Positions 57,555 to 64,000 of a stretch of DNA of 64,000 bases are shown here, one piece after another. A program made the position numbers and the translations under genes. Numbering within the stretch: the stretch's first letter is position 1; every line of letters begins with the position of its first letter. Source of the DNA: a virus (Duplodnaviria; Caudoviricetes). The notes under the pieces are model-generated. The model worked only from the letters and a program-made list of their open reading frames with translations. It was not told where the DNA came from and made no database searches. The stretch covers positions 1,283-65,282 of the IMG/VR virus record IMGVR_UViG_3300010429_001810; one strand, written 5' to 3'.

Positions 57555-59812
57555 GTGGTCACGGCAATCCACGGATTTCAGGACTGCGGTTCAGTTTGGG
57601 TTCGTTAGTGGCGTTCACTTGGAGACCGGAAGGCTTTTGGGTGTTTCAGAACGATGGTGAAGATCCGTTTACTCCTCGTTCTGATCGTCTGATTAATCGA
57701 TTCGAGAACAACAATTATCCTGATCGAGAGGGAATGGCTGACGAACTGAAAGCGGATTCGAGATTTGAAGAAAAGGATCGTATTTCGACCTCCGATCATC
57801 TCATTAAGACCTGGCCTCCGTATGAGCGTCCGGTGCCGCCTGCGTTTGGTGTGGCGGCGAACGAGAAGAATCAAGATCCGAAAGAAAAAGAAGGTAAGTT
57901 TTCGGGTAAAAAGATCACTGGTAATTTGAAGCATAAACTTCCAAAAGATTTAGCTTTGCATGAATCCGCCTATCCAGAAGAAATAAAGACGGATTGGTTT
58001 CTTCATGAACCCGAACATCTTATTTATTTACCCGAAGAAGGTGAGCGTGTTGAGAATCGTTTAGATCGAATGATTCAACATTACATTCTCGAATACACGA
58101 ACGAGTTAAGAAATAACGCACCGTTTCTAGCGCCCTTACGAGGCGAGTATTCACCGGCTCAATGGATTGCTGACTTTTGCCAACGTGCTGGAGAACTCAA
58201 TCATGACAGTGGTTTGTATCCAGAAGATTATCGAACTGGAGAAGAACGAATTAATAAGACGCGACAATTCCCTTGCTTCTTTAATTTCTGGTGGTATGGC
58301 GAGAATCTACAAATTAATTCTTTTAATGCTCAAGCAGATGCTTCAACAGAAGAAGCAGCACAACAAATTTCACGATCAGTGGTCGATGCTTGGATTGGTT
58401 CTCCTCCTCATTATGCAAATATGATTCGTTTGGATACCTTAGAATATAAAGATTTAGCGATGTTGGATGTCGGAAGGTCTGGTGATTATTACTCGCAAGT
58501 GTTTATGGGCGCTCCATTGTGGTTATTGTCGGGTTGTTGTACTTGGCAAGGAACTGAGCCTTGGCAAGTGTTGAGTTGGAAAACCTATGAAAACAATCGA
58601 TATAGAGAACCGTTCGGCGGAGAAATTTATTTTAAAGGAAAGCTTTTATACAAGCAAGAAACGCTGATCGGAGCCGCCATTCAGCAACAAGGTGAAACTT
58701 ATTATTTATTGATTGTTACGCTGAACTCCAAAACAATTAAAGTTCTTGAGGTAGAGTTTCCTTTTTTAAAAACAGTCACGCACGATGATTTTCAAGAAGT
58801 TTGCGCTTATCAACACGATAAGGTAATAACCAAACTCCAATCGTTCTTTTTCAGTACCGATGGAACAAAAGGGATTACTCTTGTAATAGAATACAATTCA
58901 AATTTTCGGTATATTGTTCGGTATGATAATCGACAATTTACTGTCTCTAAAGTAGAAATTACTGAAGAAGTAGTAAGTAATAATAGTTATCAAGATGCTT
59001 ATAACTTTAGCAATACAAGTACAATAACTGCTAATGGACGAGTGATTCTTGTTGATTACTTGGAAGATGAACTTATTGTTACTACAAGCGAATCTATGTA
59101 TCAAGAACATTCTGGAAATGGAGCAGATAATAGTACGTATAATAGCACTCCTTTTGAGTATCTTGGAAATCTTGTTGACTATGTTGAAGAGACAACAAAT
59201 GTATTTGGTGATGTATATAATATAGCATCGAATAATGTTGATTATTTGTTAAATGGCGTATCGCTAGGTGTTGGTTATAATAGAGAGTATTCTAGGGTTA
59301 GACATTTTGAATCTCATGGATCATACAGTTGGGTTGGAACTCATTTGGGTGTGATTTATGTTATATCATTGGTTCCAACGGTCAATACGGATGAAGTGAT
59401 TGGCCCCACAGAAACAATCAATGATTCTACACCCACCTTTGTTGATGTTAGAAATTCAGTTTATCTCACAAAGAATCAATTAAAGTTGAACGGTCAAACT
59501 TTTACTGTACCTTTTGAAAACCTTTACACTCGACAAAAAATAAGTGGCCCTGGTATTTACCCGATCTTTCCAAATCTGATTAACTTTCAAGACTACTTCT
59601 TTAAAACGCTGTTGGGTTGTTGCTTTGCTCAATTCGAGAACGAATGGATTTTCTCAGCAGTAGGTTATCAGCTTGATTCTGAGTTGGTTCCTGGTCAACT
59701 TGCGATGGAAGTTCAATCAGCGACCCCAGTTAAATATTTTCTGAGTTCTAATTCAGAAATTACCGATCATCTAAACACACTTACGAAACCTTTTCTAGTT
59801 TCAGTTATCTAA
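57551..59812 (+). CDS. Tail protein with internal CAP/SCP domain
   Basis: ILEYTNELR..L, LNHD, GENL, VVDAWIGSPPHYANM, GR...YYSQVF at about 58070-58510. Confidence 0.75.
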   Translation: MSGHGNPRISGLRFSLGSLVAFTWRPEGFWVFQNDGEDPFTPRSDRLINRFENNNYPDREGMADELKADSRFEEKDRISTSDHLIKTWPPYERPVPPAFGVAANEKNQDPKEKEGKFSGKKITGNLKHKLPKDLALHESAYPEEIKTDWFLHEPEHLIYLPEEGERVENRLDRMIQHYILEYTNELRNNAPFLAPLRGEYSPAQWIADFCQRAGELNHDSGLYPEDYRTGEERINKTRQFPCFFNFWWYGENLQINSFNAQADASTEEAAQQISRSVVDAWIGSPPHYANMIRLDTLEYKDLAMLDVGRSGDYYSQVFMGAPLWLLSGCCTWQGTEPWQVLSWKTYENNRYREPFGGEIYFKGKLLYKQETLIGAAIQQQGETYYLLIVTLNSKTIKVLEVEFPFLKTVTHDDFQEVCAYQHDKVITKLQSFFFSTDGTKGITLVIEYNSNFRYIVRYDNRQFTVSKVEITEEVVSNNSYQDAYNFSNTSTITANGRVILVDYLEDELIVTTSESMYQEHSGNGADNSTYNSTPFEYLGNLVDYVEETTNVFGDVYNIASNNVDYLLNGVSLGVGYNREYSRVRHFESHGSYSWVGTHLGVIYVISLVPTVNTDEVIGPTETINDSTPTFVDVRNSVYLTKNQLKLNGQTFTVPFENLYTRQKISGPGIYPIFPNLINFQDYFFKTLLGCCFAQFENEWIFSAVGYQLDSELVPGQLAMEVQSATPVKYFLSSNSEITDHLNTLTKPFLVSVI

Positions 59813-59826
59813 AACGGACACTTTTT

Positions 59827-60246
59827 ATGGCGACCATCTTAACGAAATATGCACACACCAATCGACGCTTCAAGAAGAGTTGGAATTGGGATAGCGATAC
59901 TTTCAAACTGCGTTTATTGAACGCGACCTATACCTTCAGTGATGCTCATACGGTCTGGACGGATTGCTCGTCGGCGGAGATTGCTGCGACCGGGAATTAC
60001 ACGACGGGGGGACAAACCTTGGTCTGCTCCAGTGACAATACCAAGCTCTTCGCTAGCGATATGATCTTCACCAATCTCACGCACACTTTTCGTCAAGGGG
60101 TGATCGTGCGAACCGGAACAGTTGATAGTTTGACCGATGCATTGGTCGGCCATTACTTGTGGAATGATGCCAGTGGTGGAACCGATATTGTACTTGATGA
60201 AATCGACTTCCTCATTCGGATGAACAACGGCGTCTTTACGCTCTAA
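59827..60246 (+). CDS. Small virion/tail-fibre-associated protein
   Basis: DTFKLRLL...YTF...H, EI..TGNYT.GG.TL. Confidence 0.6.
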   Translation: MATILTKYAHTNRRFKKSWNWDSDTFKLRLLNATYTFSDAHTVWTDCSSAEIAATGNYTTGGQTLVCSSDNTKLFASDMIFTNLTHTFRQGVIVRTGTVDSLTDALVGHYLWNDASGGTDIVLDEIDFLIRMNNGVFTL

Positions 60247-60257
60247 GGAGAACTTTG

Positions 60258-60701
60258 ATGGCAGGTTTAGAATGTTTTGTGAATTCAGAAACACAAGCCC
60301 TTGCTGCGGATACGCAAGAAACGGTGTTGCAAATCAAGGCTGCATCGAATCATCGCGTAAAGGTAAAAGGTTATTCGATCACCATGGGCGGAATTGTGGT
60401 GAAGGACTTGATCGTGAAGGTCTTAACGCAAACAGATGCCGGTACTCCTGGAACAACACTGACTCCTGCCAAGTGGACTGTGGGCGCAGCGGAGACGATC
60501 CAAACCACGGCGTACACCAATTTTAGTGCCGAACCGGCTTCCGGCACGACCTTGCAGTACAAGCGACTGCAATCTTCGTATGAGAAGATCTTTCCGTTGG
60601 GTCAGGAGTTGATCTTGGCGGGGGGTGGCTATTTAGGGATTGCCGTCACTTCGGTCGGTGACTCATCAGATTTAGCGGCTGAGATTATCTTCGAGGAATA
60701 A
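60258..60701 (+). CDS. Virion structural protein (beta-rich)
   Basis: AAGGAG RBS; synteny. Confidence 0.6.
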   Translation: MAGLECFVNSETQALAADTQETVLQIKAASNHRVKVKGYSITMGGIVVKDLIVKVLTQTDAGTPGTTLTPAKWTVGAAETIQTTAYTNFSAEPASGTTLQYKRLQSSYEKIFPLGQELILAGGGYLGIAVTSVGDSSDLAAEIIFEE

Positions 60702-60703
60702 CC

Positions 60704-61555
60704 ATGTTCTCGATTCCGGTAAAGGTGGTTACAATTTCGGGTGGCGGCGAAGGATTGCCAATGATGACTTGGGATGATGAGGATGCTTATTATTCTGGTT
60801 TTGACCCGGAAGATTATTTATTCTCCAACACCAACAAAACGATTGAAGGAAATAAAATCAAGGCGCGAAGCAACCATCCCATCGTACCGGATCGTTGGTA
60901 TCTGGAAATGCAGTTGGATTCGACGGGCATTGTGGGTCAATTTGGAATGTATGGATTCACGACTGGCGCAGCGACCTTGAGTGCGGTCTGGACTGGGGTC
61001 ACTTCTTGGATTGCAAGCAGTATTTCCAGTGGTGTGGTGAGTCTTGAAGGTTATGATTATTCGTCACCTCTGGTCTTTGCGGCTAATGAATCCGGCAATC
61101 GTTTGTTGTCCACGGATGGAATCTCCGCATTAGAATCGCTGAGTGATGGGGATGTCTTGCAATTCTGTGGAGATCGTTCCAATGGTACTTTGTGGATGGG
61201 TCTCAATGGGAATTGGCTTTATTGGGGGATCGATGTTTACAATGAAGGGATAGAGGATTATGTGCTAACTTGGTTTTTAGAAGATCCAGAAACCGATACC
61301 AATCCAGTCTTCGATGACTTGCCTTCGTCCCCGTATACGCTCTGTCAGACCGGAGAGGATGGTGGGGGCGGGCCGACCCCTGAAAAGATCACCTTGCTCA
61401 CTCATGTTGATGCTTTAGTGTATGCGCCACCGACCGGATTTTCTGTGGTCAGTGGTGATGCTACAGCAACATACTTGAATGTTTTACGAGATCGAAACAT
61501 CATGCCGATTTCGCAACCGACTGATCATACGCTGATGAGAGCATTAGGGCTATGA
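60704..61555 (+). CDS. SPRY/lectin-like domain protein (possible receptor binding)
   Basis: RWYLEM, GDVLQFCGD..NGTLWMGLNGNW, YAPPTGF. Confidence 0.6.
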   Translation: MFSIPVKVVTISGGGEGLPMMTWDDEDAYYSGFDPEDYLFSNTNKTIEGNKIKARSNHPIVPDRWYLEMQLDSTGIVGQFGMYGFTTGAATLSAVWTGVTSWIASSISSGVVSLEGYDYSSPLVFAANESGNRLLSTDGISALESLSDGDVLQFCGDRSNGTLWMGLNGNWLYWGIDVYNEGIEDYVLTWFLEDPETDTNPVFDDLPSSPYTLCQTGEDGGGGPTPEKITLLTHVDALVYAPPTGFSVVSGDATATYLNVLRDRNIMPISQPTDHTLMRALGL

Positions 61556-62607
61556 CCATTCGCCTCCGAGAGTCCGTACTGACCCCGATCAGCGGTCGAG
61601 GGTCATCGTTCTTTTCGGGTACCGTTTATCTGCTCAATCCGTATGTGGTCTCGCCTGCACCAGCAGCCTTGCCGCTCGATCCCATCCATCCCGTCATTAT
61701 TTCACCGTTGATCGTTGAAGCCACTCCTGAATCGCTGCCACTGAATGAAGGCAGTATCAGTTATTATTTATCGTTTGGAGCAACGGAATCACTAGCGATT
61801 ACTCCTGTTACTCCGACACTCGCTTATTTAGCGGATTGTTTGCACGAAAGTTATTACTGGACTCCCCACTTTCGAGTACATCACACCTCGTATCAATCTG
61901 AAAATAGCAGTGTTCAAGTTCTACACGAAGTCTCTTGGTCAAACTCATCCTTCACCCTTCACGAATTAAGTTATCGCTCACTCGTATCGAGTTTCGATCA
62001 GATTCAACATAATGTTTCTTGGGTGTCACTCGGTGGCGCTACGGCAGCGAATCACCTTCATGAAGTCTCGTGGGCCTCGTTGGGAGGTGTAGATTCACCC
62101 AGTGCTTTCCATACCGTCACCTATCAATCGTTGAATTTAACGCAGGCATGGACACAACACGACATCTCGTGGGCTTCGTTAGGTGGAGCGACCTCTGCCT
62201 TTCAATGGAATGAAGTCTCGTGGGCTTCGTTAGGTGGAGCGACCTCTGCCTTTCAATGGAATGAAGTCTCGTGGGCTTCGTTAGGTGGAGCGACCTCTGC
62301 CTTTCAATGGAATGAAGTCTCGTGGGCTTCGCTTGATCAATCCGTCGCGTTCAATTTGCATGAAACCACTTGGCAATCGTTAGGTGGAGCCTCATCGGCT
62401 TCGGCATTCCATACCGCCACATGGGAATTCAGCCCTTCGATTCGTCGGCAACACGATATTCAGTGGAAATCGATTGAAGCGCATGAACGATTCCATACAA
62501 CGGCTTGGAACTCGGACACCTCGATTCATCGCCTGCATGAGACTCGTTATCGCTCTAATCAAACCACTACGACTCTGTTGGGTGGTGATTTTTATGTGAG
62601 GATCTAA
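61552..62607 (+). CDS. Repeat-rich tail fibre or shaft protein
   Basis: About 16 H-x-x-(S/T)-(W/Y) units spaced 12-17 aa apart. Confidence 0.65.
   Translation: MTIRLRESVLTPISGRGSSFFSGTVYLLNPYVVSPAPAALPLDPIHPVIISPLIVEATPESLPLNEGSISYYLSFGATESLAITPVTPTLAYLADCLHESYYWTPHFRVHHTSYQSENSSVQVLHEVSWSNSSFTLHELSYRSLVSSFDQIQHNVSWVSLGGATAANHLHEVSWASLGGVDSPSAFHTVTYQSLNLTQAWTQHDISWASLGGATSAFQWNEVSWASLGGATSAFQWNEVSWASLGGATSAFQWNEVSWASLDQSVAFNLHETTWQSLGGASSASAFHTATWEFSPSIRRQHDIQWKSIEAHERFHTTAWNSDTSIHRLHETRYRSNQTTTTLLGGDFYVRI
62165..62331 (+). repeat. Exact 51-bp tandem repeat (about 3.3 copies)
   Basis: TCTCGTGGGCTTCGTTAGGTGGAGCGACCTCTGCCTTTCAATGGAATGAAG at 62165, 62216 and 62267, partial at 62318. Confidence 0.95.
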
Positions 62608-63695
62608 TGGCAGATCTGGATTTTCTTTCAATTTCAATTTCTTGTGATGAAGACTCGCCATATTATCAATGCGAAGTCACTTTAAAAGACGCTCAGGACT
62701 ATGTACAATTTCCTCGAGATACCGCGTTTGTTATTCATCTTTTGAATGTGGATTATCATTTTATTGTGGATTCTCGTAGTCTTAATCGCAGTATTGATGA
62801 TGATGGTAATTACAGTGAAACTTGTTCTTTTACGGGACTTTCACCTTTGGTAAACTATGCACGACCTCGCAGTGTCAAATTGACAAAGACCTGGGAAACA
62901 CCTTCTATGGCTTCAGCTATTGTAGCAGAATTAATCGGTTCAGTAACATGGAACTTGATTGATTGGATGATTCCAGCTTATCGATTGGCAGCAGAAAATG
63001 CAGCACCTTTGGATATTGCTCAACAGATCGTACAAGCAGTGGGCGGATTAATTGAGTCTCAACCAGACGGTAAGGTCGTGTGTCGTCATCGTTGGCCGGT
63101 CTCTATTGCAAACTTCAGTACTGCGGCTTCTAACGTTATACTTAGTGAAACTGGGATTTTCTCTGCTACAGAATCTCCTACGCAAGATGAATTGATGAAT
63201 CGAATTCGGATCATGGATCAAGACGCGGGTTATCAAGATCGTATGGAATATGTGCCGGACAAACTCAGTGAGGATGAGGACGATCCCTTTCACGGAATCC
63301 TCTATGCCTTTCCCTCCCCTTGGCGCGAAGGTTTGCGGATCGTTACTACTCGTCCAAGTGCAATTGCATTGGGAACGTTAAGTGAAGGTAAGCGCATTAT
63401 TGCGGATAGTAACGAAGATTATCCTGCCGAGATTTTGACTTTTGCCGAACGTGAGAGCAGTACACAATATCCGGTGATGAGTTTGACTACCTTTGAGTGG
63501 TTAGATGAAAATCTTGGCAGTATTACTGTGGTACCTTATGCTACCACGTTGGAAGCTGGAAATGGGACTTATGGCGGTTACAGCTTGGCAAAGGTTAGTT
63601 ATGTGACGCATTATCTCAGTATCCCGGTGACTTGTACGGAACAGACTGAAGATATTGAAGCTCAATTTTTATTATTGGAGAACCAAAATGGCTAG
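62607..63695 (+). CDS. Tail-tip hub-like protein (362 aa)
   Basis: PLDIAQQIV.AVGG.I.S.PDG.V pattern; synteny. Confidence 0.55.
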   Translation: MADLDFLSISISCDEDSPYYQCEVTLKDAQDYVQFPRDTAFVIHLLNVDYHFIVDSRSLNRSIDDDGNYSETCSFTGLSPLVNYARPRSVKLTKTWETPSMASAIVAELIGSVTWNLIDWMIPAYRLAAENAAPLDIAQQIVQAVGGLIESQPDGKVVCRHRWPVSIANFSTAASNVILSETGIFSATESPTQDELMNRIRIMDQDAGYQDRMEYVPDKLSEDEDDPFHGILYAFPSPWREGLRIVTTRPSAIALGTLSEGKRIIADSNEDYPAEILTFAERESSTQYPVMSLTTFEWLDENLGSITVVPYATTLEAGNGTYGGYSLAKVSYVTHYLSIPVTCTEQTEDIEAQFLLLENQNG

Positions 63696-64000
63696 CAAGA
63701 TTGAAGTCGTTAAAGCAACCCTCAATGTTTCATTTGAGGCGGATGATTCAAACAAGACCGGAGCCGGGATTAAGCTGGAAATCGATGATCGTGAAGATGG
63801 ATTGAATGAAGGAGAGACCTCGTTTCAGCCGGGAGACGATGCGTATTTCTTCATGTTCGTGGACACCGACAAGATTGACTTGATCACCACGACCCCCATT
63901 ACGACTGCGGGGGGTGTGACTCCACAAGGTTCTGACAGCAAGGACATTGATGAAACGATCAGCTTTTCAGACAGCGAAGAAGCCTCGTTAGGCTATGCGC
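63688..64000 (+). CDS. Tail-tip protein, truncated by the window edge
   Basis: GGAG RBS; MASKIEVVKATLNVSF..., open to the end of the window. Confidence 0.7.
   Translation, partial: MASKIEVVKATLNVSFEADDSNKTGAGIKLEIDDREDGLNEGETSFQPGDDAYFFMFVDTDKIDLITTTPITTAGGVTPQGSDSKDIDETISFSDSEEASLGYA

Noticed and set aside
60704-64000. Diversity-generating retroelement targeting tail genes
   Set aside because: No reverse transcriptase and no adenine-variant template/variable repeat pair; the 51-bp repeats are exact and tandem
1-64000. Prophage/integration module or stop-codon recoding
   Set aside because: No integrase, att site or host genes were seen, and long conserved genes read intact in the standard code

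Overview
This window is 64 kb of a large tailed dsDNA phage (siphovirus-type). It shows no integrase, and its dUTPase, NrdJa/b and sigma70 promoters look gammaproteobacterial. It has three parts. (1) 1-12.5 kb: a leftward arm of mostly orphan early-type genes with near-consensus sigma70 promoters, including two SprT-like zincin paralogs and one oppositely oriented HNH gene. (2) About 12.5-15.5 kb: a gene-poor divergence region full of sequence signals. These include six of seven parS-like 18-bp palindromes, three TGTTACGTAACA boxes, a G-rich 29-bp tandem repeat, a lambda-cosN-like octamer, a possible pseudoknot and phased A-tracts. It may be the genome end or origin. (3) 15.5-64 kb, rightward: HNH, queD, queE, HTH, primase, exonuclease, SbcC/Rad50, dUTPase, dNTP diphosphohydrolase, split class II RNR with an intein, TerS, TerL with two inteins, HK97-type portal/protease/capsid, neck, tail tube, GIY-YIG, frameshifted tail chaperones, a 4889-aa tape measure protein, and tail-tip genes with CAP, SPRY-like and 17-aa repeat domains. 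All calls are by-eye motif recognition; no searches were run.
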